Of a DNA stretch of 35,577 bases, positions 23,151 to 35,039 are shown piece by piece (the stretch's first letter is position 1; every line of letters begins with the position of its first letter). Under the pieces are notes generated by a model, which had not been told where the DNA came from, did not search any database, and saw only the letters and a program-made list of their open reading frames with translations. Position numbers and translations under genes: made by a program. Origin of the DNA: Hyphochytrium catenoides (taxonomy: Eukaryota > Protista > Hyphochytriomycota); the NCBI GenBank assembly GCA_900088475.1, contig FLMG01003716.1, positions 1-35,577 on the forward strand. Reading direction: 5' to 3'.

Positions 23151-23662
23151 TCATGATAGCAGCGGTGTCCGCTCATCGGAGTAAAGGATGGAGTCGCTCG
23201 AATATCTCTGCAACTGCTGCTTCTTCTTCTGCGTTTCCACTAAGTAGACAGCGCCTGAAGCTACCATCGTCAACAAGTAGACAAGAGCTGTAGAGAGTGG
23301 TTAGGCGTAAAAAGAAACAATGGTGGCAAAAGCACTTGCAACCCCATATTTACCTCCATAGTAACAGCCATGGCCTGCCACCTTGATGTCCTTCACACCC
23401 GATACATATAGCGGCTGCGTATCCAAGAGGAGGCCAACAAATGTCTGTTGTTCACCATAAACCGTCATGAGAATTAGAAAGCGCAGGTTCAGGGAAAATT
23501 AAGGGTTCACCTACCAAGAACACTATTCCACAGAAAGAGAAGAGCCCACAGCAAGCGCCCCCTAGTTGATGGATAAGCGGAGATCCTGTCAGTTCCCACA
23601 ATAGATTCCTGGCGTCCAGTAAACTACATAGAATAGCTCAACTTACAAGCGCCCCTATCCAT
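23151..23662 (-). CDS. RNASEK: RNASEK / V-ATPase V0 subunit f-like two-TM protein, 96 aa, 4 exons (absent from ORF track)
   Basis: Exons 23662-23647, 23561-23515, 23444-23354 and 23287-23151 (291 nt, GT-AG) give MDRGAWGACCGLFSFCGIVFLTFVGLLLDTQPLYVSGVKDIKVAGHGCYYGALVYLLTMVASGAVYLVETQKKKQQLQRYSSDSILYSDERTPLLS*. Size, the CxxxSxxGxxxL pattern in TM1 and the CxxxAxxY pattern in TM2 match RNASEK as recalled. The tail ERTPLL is a dileucine-type motif. Confidence 0.78.
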
Positions 23663-24229
23663 ATCTCCTTGGCTCCAAAGGCAAAGTATATGCTGCCGTC
23701 GAGCTTGTCCCTGCAATAGAACTCCACGTTACTTGCCATCAGTTAAACCTGACTCACTGACCTTTGCGTTGCTCACCTGACACTGTACGGAATCAGCTCC
23801 CGTAACCTCTAGAGCCAAATACAAGCCCACCTAACCTAACGGAAGATAGTACGTCTCGATGGGTTCCAACCTCAGGTGAATGAGCTAGATATGCAAAGGA
23901 ACGGCACACGGATTCCGCGTCTTGGTAAGCTACAGCGCCTGCAGAAGTGCTTGAGGTCCCACAGGCACAGCTGTTGCCGATAGTGAAGATTGAAGAAGAT
24001 GTAGAAGATGACGACCAGCAGCAGACAAGGGAAAGAGCGGGCAAGAATCCGCGCTTTCCTCTTGCCGTCGGACTAAACCTCAGTCATCCCCCGGAACCGA
24101 ATCCTTGTAGATTCGGAATATGCTATCCCAGTTCATCCAGAATCATAATAGGATTAGCCATAAGCCGAATTAGTACTGAAACACTTATTCTGAGGATTCT
24201 CAGCCATGACTTTTGACTTTGGGTACTGC

Positions 24230-24405
24230 AAGAGAAAGAGAGGGAGAAAGATTGGAAGAGAGATACAGTAGAGTCAGCGTGAGAGAGAGAGTGGCAATGG
24301 GATAGGAAAGAGTAAAAGAGAAAGAGAGAGAGAGACAGAGTGTGAGAGAGACAGAGTGTGAGAGAGAGAGAAGAGAGAAGAGAGAAGAGGGAAGAGAGAG
24401 AGAGA
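24230..24405. repeat. (GA)n tract ((CT)n on minus strand) between the divergent RNASEK-like and KdtA genes
   Basis: GA-rich block read directly. Confidence 0.88.
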
Positions 24406-24855
24406 GTGCCGTCTTCAACTCCGAGCCTGGACATATTTTTAGACGACAGAGGCGTCTGTCGCTGCGTCTCTGCGTCTCTGCAGCTCTGGCCCGCGTTTGA
24501 TCGTCCTCAGACGATGAGTTGCACATCAGAGAAGGTCTTTAAGATCTATAACGCAGAAGTAATGTGCAGTCCATTCCGTCGAGATGTGCCTCTGATCGCT
24601 GCCCTTCTGTCGGTGGCTGCTGACTGCTGGTGCCAGTAGCAGAGGGCGACCGATCATCACTCCTTGGTGTAGTGAGCTGACTAAGTCTCATCTTTCGTCT
24701 TTTTCCTCTTTGAGACTATACTCTTAGTTCTAATAAGAAGCTGCGCTTAGGCCCATGAGACGATGAGTAAGCCTACTAAGACGAGGATACGGTCCTTGGG
24801 GTTGGAGGCTTCAATAGAGTAAACTGGTTGGTCCGGACAACTCGCTGTAGGGGCG

Positions 24856-27709
24856 ATGGCGAGCCGCCCTATATTACTTGAGGTCTATCGCACAGTCACG
24901 AACTTGGCCAGTCCCGTGCTTCTCTGGTACAGGAGGCGCCATATTCGCCTCAAAGGTGGTGGGCAAAGGCTCCTGCAAGAGATATCAGGAAGCCCCTCCT
25001 ATCCTCGCCCTGGTAAGCAGTCGTGAGGTATCTCAAGATCCTCTACCTCAGTGATATAACATTCTTCATCCCCTGGTACTCCGCCACTCAGAGTCGTCAA
25101 AAGTCCTTTGGATTCACGCAGCGTCAGTAGGTCCGTGAACTGTGGTCTCGTGACCTAGGGGTCTCTATTACCTAACTGCTCTGCCTATAATAGGAGAAAG
25201 TCTATCTGCCATACCTCTGATACGCTTCCTACTTGCCAAGAAGTATGCCTCGAACATTGTTCTTACCACCAGCACTGTGGCAGCTCGCAAACTAATGCCT
25301 AAGTTGCTGCCAAAGGTACCAAAGAGGACGGAAAGAGATGAGCCTATTGCTTAGAGGATTGAAACAGTGATACAACGTAGAGAAAGTTGAGAGAGAAATG
25401 GCTGGAGCTGGCAGACAAATGCCAACAAAGGAGTAAGAGAGCTAGGATAGATCGCAGCATGGAGATGCCTCTTCAGCGACTTGACGAGCTCCGACGTATC
25501 TTGTAGGATGCTGTCTGTCAGCTTGCCCCATTTGACTTAGAGAAATGCGTTGAAAGCTTCTTGGACCATTGGTCACCTCGGTAGGCCAGCCCGAACCATT
25601 CTCCTCCTGCTTGCCCGCCTTAATGTGCAGGTCGTCTTCACCCTCTGCTCCACCTGGCCTTGTCTAATATCCCCATGTCTAAAGAGCAGCTATCTGGATT
25701 GAGTCCGAGTTATGGCCCAACATGATGCTAACGACGCAACAAAGAAAGGTGCAAAGATCGATGTTTTTCTGCATGTTCCAGTGCTTTCTCGGGGTGATCT
25801 TCTTCCTGGTCACTCAGATCTTTCTGTGGGGCTATGTGGCTCTGCGAACTGAACTTCATTGCAGGTCCCAATGGCTCTAGTCAATGGAAGGATGTCAGTA
25901 GTATCATTCAGGCGATGGCATACTGGTCCTGCGCACACAGTAGCTCAGTATCTGCTTTCTCAGTTTGGTCTTGTTCTTTGTCAGTCTCCTCAGGTATGTA
26001 TTAGACAATGACAGATGTAGGAGAAGTAGGGACCTCCGAATGCTAGGTAGGGCTAGGAGACGATCGAGGTGTACTCAGCGAGAGAAAGGGGGGAAGATAT
26101 TCTCGACCAACTTCAAACAGTTCATCTGGCACTGGGACCTCAGGATTGCGCCAGATTCGAGATTCTTGGCGCGGCATTTCCGACGTATGTTGGCAACCTT
26201 AAGCTCGGTAGGTTTGCAACTCTAGTTAGCGAAGAGCTACGCGTGGACCAAGAGGTTTAATTGGAGAGCGTGTGGCGAAAGCGGGCCTCTTCACTGTGAT
26301 AGAGAGCAGGTCTAGAGTAAAGCGAGAGGAAGATTGCAAACGCTTTAGCACGCCACGAGGCCAGTGCAATAAGTTGCAATAAGTGTTTAATGCTCATTGG
26401 TGGAAACATTTACTGGCGACCTCTTACTGGCGACCCTTTACCGGCGACCCTGACTTCTCCCTTTATCCAGCTGGCGAGAGCGGACATCCTGATTCTGACC
26501 TTTCCACAAGGATGACAAGAGTTATAGGGAAAAGGAGCGCTTGGATAGCAGCTAGCACGCACAAGGGAGAGGAGGAACTGATATTGCAGGTCTTGCACCC
26601 CGCACATTTTTATCTCTCGAGTAAACTCTATACTAAGCTGTCTTTGGCATGTAGGCCCATCTGGCTCTTCAAAGAACCAAAGAGCTCTCGGACCTCCTCC
26701 TCATTCTTATACCTCGTCATCCAGAACGACTACGGGAGGTGACGGCACTGCTCAAGGTTGGCATGTCAATGGTCTGCGCCTTGACCTAACGCCTCACATA
26801 CAATGGCATTGTCCCCTCACCTTTAGAGGCACAAGTGCGACTTCTCCTTACATTCAAGAAGCATACCTGAGCCCGGGGTTGATGTTTACGTAGTTGATAC
26901 TCTGGTGAGCTCAACTGTTCTCATGTAACCCCAATTTCCCTGCTGCACCTTTTGGTTGCTATGTCTCCCTTCGACAGTGCTCTGTGTGTTCCACCCTTGT
27001 CTTGTCTTATCTAAGTGACTCTCCCCTTCCTTCATTCTGCCAGGGTGAGGCGGCAAAGTTCTATCATTTTGCCCGGATAGCCTTTGTGGGGGGCTCCCTC
27101 ATACCCAGGGGCGGCCACAACATCCTTGAAGCCCTAACAGCAGGGTACATTAAGAAAGTCTAGCCCCCTCGTGGCCTCTAGCTCACCTAAGCTTTGTCTA
27201 AACTTCTCGCTTGACAATCCGCCTCTTGGCCTTGTTACAAACCACCTGACTTGGCAAATGCAACGGCTTCCTTATTCGCCCTGCTGACCTCTTTCGCTTT
27301 CTCTTATCAATTCTTTGCAAGATGCTCCTTATCACTTATCCCATGCCCATCTGGTCCTAGGTGCTCTGTCCTTCACGGCCCTTCTATGGAGAACTTTGCA
27401 CATATCCGAGACTCGATTAGGCGGAAGTTAGATCACGCTAAAGATGCCGGAAAGATTATGGCGGGAAGGCGGGTGTGCCAGGAAGTGGAAACGGTAGAGG
27501 ACATAGTTCGGCGGGCACGAGAAGTGCTAGTGGCAGATGACAGAACGACCGAAGAATGCCGACACCTCGCCTTAGATATTTCATCACAAATGCGCCAGGA
27601 GAGTAAAGGAAACATTGAGAGGCGAGTTGCAGGATGGCTAGCGGCAGAACTTGGTGAGCATCAAGCTTATTCAAAGAGCATAGAACAGGAACATATAAAA
27701 GAGCTATAA
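24856..27709 (+). CDS. kdtA: 3-deoxy-D-manno-octulosonic acid (Kdo) transferase, GT30 (KdtA/WaaA), about 12 exons
   Basis: Spliced translation contains [23 protein letters not shown]...[59 protein letters not shown] and [18 protein letters not shown]...LHGPSMENF, i.e. the WaaA motifs in their usual order. Confidence 0.95.
26410..26451. repeat. Three tandem 14-bp units (ttac[t/c]ggcgacc[tc/ct]) in a KdtA intron
   Basis: ttactggcgacctc-ttactggcgaccct-ttaccggcgaccct read directly. Confidence 0.85.
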
Positions 27710-28210
27710 CTTAATGAGATTTGGACTCAGCTAAGTGGGTTCTTAGGTGAATACATAATAGACATAGAGAGCTTTCAACCTTGTCATGGAGCTGCTAGGT
27801 ACTGCCGCATTAGGAAGGTCACATCCTGAAGCCTATCGCCGGCTGCAAGAGATAAAGCAGATACACGACCCTAATTCATATATAGAAAGAAACAGGCCTA
27901 GGAGGAGGAGAGATGCTTGCTTCGATTCGAGGAATATGTTGATAGATACACGAGTTATGCAAGAAGAGCAGCATAATACTAGGCAAAAGCCCGATGACAG
28001 ATATATTTCCCAGTGGATTACTTCTTAGATAGGAAAGATAAAGCAGATGGATAAGAGAAGAAGAAAGCCAAGCAGAGAAAGAGAAGCGAGAAGGGACCGC
28101 ACGGAAAGAGAGGGCTGACATGGGGTCATAAATTATGTTCCTGTAGGATTCCCATCCGCTCTCTTCCGGGCACGGGGCCCCTGCTATCCGTCCTCAAGGC
28201 ATCTGGCCTC

Positions 28211-29915
28211 TTAGTAGGGCCGATAACTGCGATCTGCCCTTGCAGCCTGCTGTTGATGGCTACGATAGTTCTGATAGCCTCCTCCTCCACCTCCGTATCC
28301 TTCGTTTCCGCCGTAGCCATAGCCCTCATAGCCCTGGCCATCATCTCCTGCTCCTTGACCGCCCTGGCCGTAGCCGCCGTAGCNNNNNNNNNNNNNNNNN
28401 NNCATAGCCTCCGCCATAGCCGCCACGTCCACCGTAATCTCTTCCTCCACCTCTGGCCTCTTTGGGCTCGGCCCGCTTTATCTCTACTTGTTTCCCATTG
28501 ATCTCATGCGACCGAGCAATGACACTGGAAACGGCGCTCTATAGATAGGATAACATACATTGCAGCGGCCAAGATGGTAAGCCCAGATCTCTACCAGTTG
28601 GAACGCAATCGATCATGGGAAGTAGTGAACTTGTCATACCACAATGGCAAGCCAAATATGACAGAAGACAACTGATTGTTCGATGAAGGGAAAGTCCAAG
28701 CATTGTTAACAGGGCGAGCGTCAATTGGCACAAAAATCTTACCTCTTCCTCAAAGGTGACGAAGCCAAACCCTCTTGACCTCTGGGTATCGCGGTCAAAC
28801 ATTACAACGGCATCCGTGATCTTGCCGAACTGGTCAAAGTAGTTTCTGAAGTCCTCCTCCGTCACGGATGGTGCTAATCCTCCCACAAAAATTTTCTTGG
28901 ACTCAAAAGGAACACGACCCCCGTTCTGTCTATCTCCAAAGCCTCCACCGCTGTTTGCAGGACGCAAAGATTGATAGACGTTAGAAATACCAAGATATAG
29001 GGAAGATGAGGTCGGCCACATACTGGCAGATTAAAGCAGAAAACGCGCTGCGTCCTTACCCGAGGTGAGCCTTGTCTCTAGGAACAGCTCTCTTGACTTC
29101 CACATTTCTTCCATCAACCGTATGGACGTCCGCAATAACCTGATCAATAACTATACAGAGTGGCGTGACAAAAATTTTAGGACAGCAGGACATATGGCGT
29201 CTCGAGCTAGAGACTATAAGAGACAGCGGACGCAGCAGCAAGGATAGAATGAGGAAGAAAATCCATATCTTTTGGGATGAGACGACGGAGTTCTTTAGCC
29301 CTCCTCTGTTTCGTTTCTTCCTTACCGGAAGGATCCTCATAAGTGACGAAGCCAAAGCCTCTTGGTTGACCAGTGAATTTGTCCTTCATCAGCGCGCAGT
29401 CAATAAGCTTTCCGTACTTCTCGAAGTGCGCCCTCAGGCCGTTCTCTGTGGTCTGTATGGATATAAAGACTATGAGCTACGCGACGAGGTGTGCTGTTTA
29501 ATACGGAGTAATCTCCACAGTTAACTGGCAGACTCTTGTCCACCCTGGTTGCCAACTCCATAGAAGGTTCAGGGTCAAGAGAATGCGTCCCCCCAACATA
29601 GGCACATGACAACGCTTTAAACGCGACTACAGCTGTTCTTGCATGCCAAGCCCAGGGACATGAGGGGGAAACAGATACAGATTAACGACATGCCGCTGAT
29701 TGTCCCATTCATACCTCCCAAGAAACGCCTCCTACGAAGAGCTTGCCCAGATAAGACTTGTCATCCCCCTCTTGTATGGCACCTTGTGGCGGCGGTGCAT
29801 CTGACATCTGCTGATTGGGATCATTCCCTCCCTCGCCCTGGAAGTATCCTTCCTCTTCTTGATGTTGTTGCTGCTGCTGCTGGTCCATCTCATAGACTAC
29901 ACCTACGGGATCCAT
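28211..29915 (-). CDS. Two-RRM RNA-binding protein of the hnRNP A/B/D - Musashi/DAZAP1/Hrp1 type, about 5 exons
   Basis: RNP2 motifs KLFVGGVSW and KIFVGGLA; RNP1 motifs PRGFGFVTY and SRGFGFVTF; VEVKRAVP and VEIKRAEP; Gly/Tyr-rich tail ending RADRSYRPY* (PY-NLS-like). The last exon contains an assembly gap. Confidence 0.95.
28384..28402. other. Assembly gap (19 N) within the GGY-repeat tail of the RNA-binding protein
   Basis: Run of N. The reading frame differs either side, so the true gap length is probably not 19. Confidence 0.97.
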
Positions 29916-31102
29916 ACTTCCTACAGCTTAAGAGGGCCTAAGCTCTTCTAGACTTTAGCAAGCTAGCTTTGGCTGCGTAATCTCTACAAAGGACATTGGC
30001 GGAAGGAAAGGAAAAGGGTAACTGGGTAAATCTATCAATCGCGCTAACATAGACCAAGGGAGCGAACAGTACATGCTAAAGGGTAACTTCAAACTAACTC
30101 TGCGAGGGCACACGCTGTGTACTGCTCCTTCCTAACGCTGAAAGACCTAACTAGGTACTGAAAGGCTCTTTCCGAGTAGGCCCTGCTTTTGAGAGTGAAC
30201 TGGTGGCAAGTCTAACAGACAACGTAGGGAGAGACTGCCTGATTGTCCTCTAACTTCCTGCACTTTCCTCCTCTGCGAGCAGCCGAATCTACAACTTAGC
30301 CCGCGTCTACCTGTCACGGACAATCCTGCGCTTGTCTGCTCGTTCACCTTTCGCCTGCTTGGATGCACGAGAAGCACCTCAGACCAAGACAGAAGTCCTG
30401 AAGAGAGAGAGAGAGCTATTCCTTCGACTGTGTGGCCTCTCTCTCTCGCTCTCTCTTGTGTGTATCTCTGTTTTTTACTCTCTCAATGTGTCTCTGGCTC
30501 CTCTCTGTCTCTCGCTCTCTCTCCCTCCAAGAAAGCCGAAGCTTTGGGCTCTCATCCACAGTCTCAACAAGGCTTTTTCTTATGATCACACAGCAGAACT
30601 CTCACGCCGCTCTTCCTTCGCAATTTTCACATGAGACTGTCTGTTTACATTAGTATCACAGTAGTTCCTCATCTCTGTGCCTCTCTTTCTCTTTTCTTTT
30701 GGGGACTCTGTCTTGTCCTCATTTTTCCCGTCGCCCTTTCCCCACCCCACACCTTTTATCTGATGCTGTGAGATGTATCACGGGCAACCAATAGAACGTG
30801 GACCAAAGGGCTTCCTTCAGCCTTTATTGTAGCGGCGTATTCGGGCCAAATGCTGACCCCATTTCTATATGTTGCCCTTGAGTTTTCTGGCCTTTTCCTT
30901 TCTATGAGTATGGAGAGCTAGAGGGAACCAGCTGCTCTCTCGTAGTATTTGTAAGGCATTCTCCTGTACGGGGAGAGAAAGAGGAAAGGGGGGCCTTTGG
31001 GCTCTAAAAGCGAGTCCTTTTCGGACTTTGGATCGGTTTTAGCCCTTGATCTTCTGAGGGGCACTCCGATATCTTAATAAACTATATCAGGAAAATAGTT
31101 AA

Positions 31103-34100
31103 CTAGGAAGCGATAACTATCTTCGAGATTTCTGACTCCTTCGTTGGTGGACTGTCCGTTAGCGTCCCATACAGATCTGTGTGAGCTTTGAGAACTTGGC
31201 TGCAGAAATCTGCATCTTCGTGGAGAATCTCATCGTCAACCTCATCCGAGATGTCTTCTAAGCTTATTGACTGTATGTGCTCCTCTAAATACTTAAGCAG
31301 ACGCGGTTGATGTTGATCTTGCCTTTTCTCTACATTGGCTTTTGAAGCTTTCTGCTCCATACCTGTAATGCCGCTCGTCTGATCTTGCACAAGTGGGCTG
31401 TAAGCGAATCAATGGCAGGCGGGAAGGGAGCCCGATTGAGAACAGATACAAAGTAGAAGGAAAAACGTCTTTCAAAGCCAAAGAGAAGACGAAAAATAAA
31501 CGTACATGTGGTCAATGGCTTCAATACCCCCGATGACAGGCCTATAGATGGAGCTAGGAACTGTCCTATCGCTGGACACAACAATTCCACCCATGCCTCT
31601 TCGCTTGAGCCTCATGGTCTCAACAGCAGTGGCAGGCTCACAACTTGAGCCAGCAAGCTCCTCCTTCCTGAATGTCTTCTTCAGCTTCACCTTTGCTGCC
31701 GCACGAATGCTGTCCACAAATGAAACTGTCTCTTGATAAGAGGTGCTCCACACGCCGTACTGATAAATTTTGTGCGACTCCCTTTTAGTTCCTTCCCTCA
31801 GATCTATCTTCCTAGATTGCGCAGCGTGGACAATGTGGCAGCAGAGCCCACACAAACTTAACCGACAAGAAGTGCAAAAGTACCGAGCCACGTGAGTCTT
31901 CGTAGGGAAGGCGCATGCGCTGATCTCGCAGGTGATAACCTTGGCCGGCACAGACTTGAGAATCGCCTGCATTGCTGCTTCCCCTGCATCTTCCTTGCCG
32001 ACACTCTCTTGCAAACTCGCAGCTTTCTCTTGAAACCGTGGGGTGAGAAGCTCCTTTGCGGCAGCTGCAAAGTCCTTAACCGTGAGATCAGATAGCATTA
32101 TTGGGGAGGGTCCCACTCCTGCCTGCTCCATAATATGGCCCATGAACTGAGCGTCTGGGAAGACGGGGAGGACCAGAGTTGGCTTTCCTGCTTGAAGAGT
32201 GAGGAAGGAATAATAGGGTGTCCCACTGTGGACAGCAGCAGCGCAGGAGCTTATCAGAGCTTTGTGAGGCACTTTGGAGAAAAAGAAGACGTTGCTTCCT
32301 CTGAAAATGCCTGTGGGGAAGTGGCCTCCAGTCTCTACTATGAAGGATATTCCAGTTTGGTTGGAGGCCTTGATTATCATCTGAAAGAGGGAGTTTGGGG
32401 CGGTTTTGCTCAAGGTTGGGAGCTCCTAATCAGCATCCAAAAGGTTAGCTGGCGACTCAAGAGGTAGGGAATGGAGGAGAAGAGGATTCAGCGCCCCCTG
32501 ATTAGTATGGGTCTAGGCAGCCTGGCAGAGAGGTCATTCGTAGTGCAGACAGCTGCACGTAGTAAAGAGTACATCCGTTCGATTTGACTTACCGCCTTCC
32601 TGACCGCGACGAAGATAACTTTTCCTTCTCTTTGACTTATAAACTGGAAGATGGCGGCAGTAAGTTCGTCTTCCTGGAGAGCCTTCACCTGCTCTTGGGT
32701 CTCCTCCCGCTCAAAGCAGAACCCAATAACCTCTATATGTGGACCCCACGTCTGGGGCTTGGGATAGATTGTTGGACTCCAATCATAAAGGATGGGAGTT
32801 GCGCTAGAGAAGATAAAGTTCTTGTTTCTATTCAGCCAGCCGGCTTGCAGGGCAGGGAGCTTCAGGTCCTTCCTTACTTTGTTGATTAAGATGAGGTTTT
32901 CTTCCAAAATCTGACGGGACATCTTCACATGGCTATCTAAATTCCCTGCTGGACTGTTGGACTTCAGATAGTTCGAGGGGTCCAAGGGGTGCGCGAACTC
33001 TAGATTTGGATGTACGGGCTGTCGGACAGAAGGAGTTGCATACCCATTAGGGCGTTCGGGCCTATCATTAGACTAACTGATGACTTGACATCGCAAAGCC
33101 AGAATGACGCTTGCTTGGAACAATGGAACCGACTAGGGAAGAAAGAAAACAGAGCCAGCAGGTATGCCTAATAATAGATGAGGAAAGGAAAATGAAACCC
33201 AAGAGCCCCAGGCCATTACGAAGAAGAGATGCGAGGAGGTATCCGGTAGGATATAACAGATGGCTAGCAGGAGCAGAAGGTAGACGCCAATCTGACCTGA
33301 TTGTCAATAACAAAGATAGGGATACGCTTTGCTTGTGCCAGATGAATGAGAGCAGTTATCGCCAGCTGTGGCCTCGCGATTATAAGATCCGCCTGGAAGG
33401 CTGGACCAGGCATACAATGTCCGTTTCCATGAGGATCTCTGCAAGTGGCCGAATCCAGGTAGGACTGGACCCTGACGTGGTCGGTAGCGTTCCAATCATC
33501 CTTACTCTTGAGGACGTCTGGGCTTGGATGCGCTGAGGTATTCATTTTTTGCTTGTCTCTCTTCCGGGAAGAAGAGGAAGATGAGGAGTCACTTGTAATG
33601 CTTTTCTCTCCTCTTAAGGGATAGAACTCTAGCCCATCGCTTAAAATTAGGTGTCGATTGAGTTCCGATGTTGCTATCCTATGCAGGAAATGGGAAGGTG
33701 ACAGCGTCAAACGGAAATGGTGCACAGGAAGCGGTACTTTGGAGAGAATGAAGAACTGGTGAACCCAAAGCAAAGCCGGCACTATGGGAACGGGCCAGAG
33801 AGGAAGAACGTCCGCCAAAGTCTCAAGCTAGGGAAGAAAGGGAAAAAAAAGGTAAGGTCATAATTCTAACGAGAGAGTAGATCTGTGCCAGCGTTCTCCC
33901 AAGCACAGGCAAGAGGAGGAGGAGGGGAGACGATCTGTGAGGGACAGAGAACAAAGGGACTTAAGATAGGGAGAGAGAGAGAGATGTCCAAATCTCTGCC
34001 TTCGAAGCAGCGTAACGTGATCACGGACCTTACTCGATGACCTCGACGTTTGAGGCCCTTGGCCAGGCCTGGAAGGCAACAGGAGGTGAGAGCCCAAAAG

Positions 34101-34638
34101 AGCTAGCATCGGCAATTGTAAGACTGACAAGCCACGTGGCCCGAGCTAGGTAAGGAAAGAGAGGTTGGAAAGGAGGAAGAGACAAACCCGAAGTAATAGG
34201 CAGACAGTGAGATGTCGCAGTAACAGGAAGCGGCCCCATTCTAACAGGAACAGCTCACTGAGACTGCTTGTTGAGCGCCAGAAGGACTCTGCCAACTGAC
34301 CTGCACCTACCGATGAAGGACTTGATTGAGCCTTTAGATCCGAACCCAGCGATCAGGATGTTCATCTTAGGGGGAGAGAGCTCTCCCTCGTCATGATGAG
34401 AAGAGAGGAAGAGTTCTTCATCCTCTTCTCCATTAGGAAGGACGAAGCTGAGATCAGCTCCGGTACTAGCATCTTCTCTGCTCTCTTCTTCCATCTGTGT
34501 GGTCTCTTCCCCATCTGGTCGGTCCCGATCTTCAGTGCCCGAATAGGCTTCCGCATCATCAGTACTTAGATGGAGTGAGGAGAGCGACAGACCGCTACTA
34601 AGATGCTCGTGGTAGGACTGCTCGGAATCGTCGGCCAT
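31103..34638 (-). CDS. Sterol 3-beta-glucosyltransferase-like (UGT80/UGT51, GT1/GT28-N) protein, degenerate, with B-box-like zinc finger; 6 exons, about 796 aa
   Basis: Exons 34638-34311, 34068-34029, 33678-33297, 33018-32593, 32425-31506 and 31397-31103 are phase-compatible. Motifs: MNILIAGFGSKG, LAKGLKRRGHRVRIAT, GLEFYPL, FQADLIIA...HLAQA..IP, FAHPL, INKVRKDLKL, YDWSP..YPKPQTWGPHIEVIGF and VPH..I..CAAAVHSG......LQAGKPTLVLP. Confidence 0.88.
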
Positions 34639-35039
34639 CTTAGATAGAAGAGGACATACAGGGCCAATACCTGGGAGCTCGGGGCATCACTGGACCAGAA
34701 AGCTAGATTGGCTCGATTATATCTAGAGCATCACCATCTCGGAGGACAGATAGATACAGCTGCTCCATCCCCAGCTCCAGACAGGGCACATAGGCGAGGA
34801 TGTGGGTACAGAGGGAGGTAAAAGAGTGGAGTTTACTCTCAAGTTAATAAGGCGCAGCCAATGCATTAAGATAAGATTGCACAGGAGTGGAGACTTGGGC
34901 GTGGGAACTCAGTTCATTCTTAGGGACGCGAGGACGTTGGTCATGAGCGCAGGAGAGGAGTGGGAGAAGATAAGCAGGACAAGAGCGAGGAGCCATGTAT
35001 GTAAAGCGAGGGATTGAGAGAGGGAGCGAAAGGAGAGAT

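Noticed and set aside
27786-28028. 80-aa ATG-initiated ORF
   Set aside because: It lies in the convergent 3' UTR zone between KdtA and the hnRNP gene, with no room for a promoter and no motif.
28370-28410. Apparent frameshift in the hnRNP Gly-rich tail
   Set aside because: It coincides with the N gap, so it is an assembly artefact rather than pseudogenisation or recoding.
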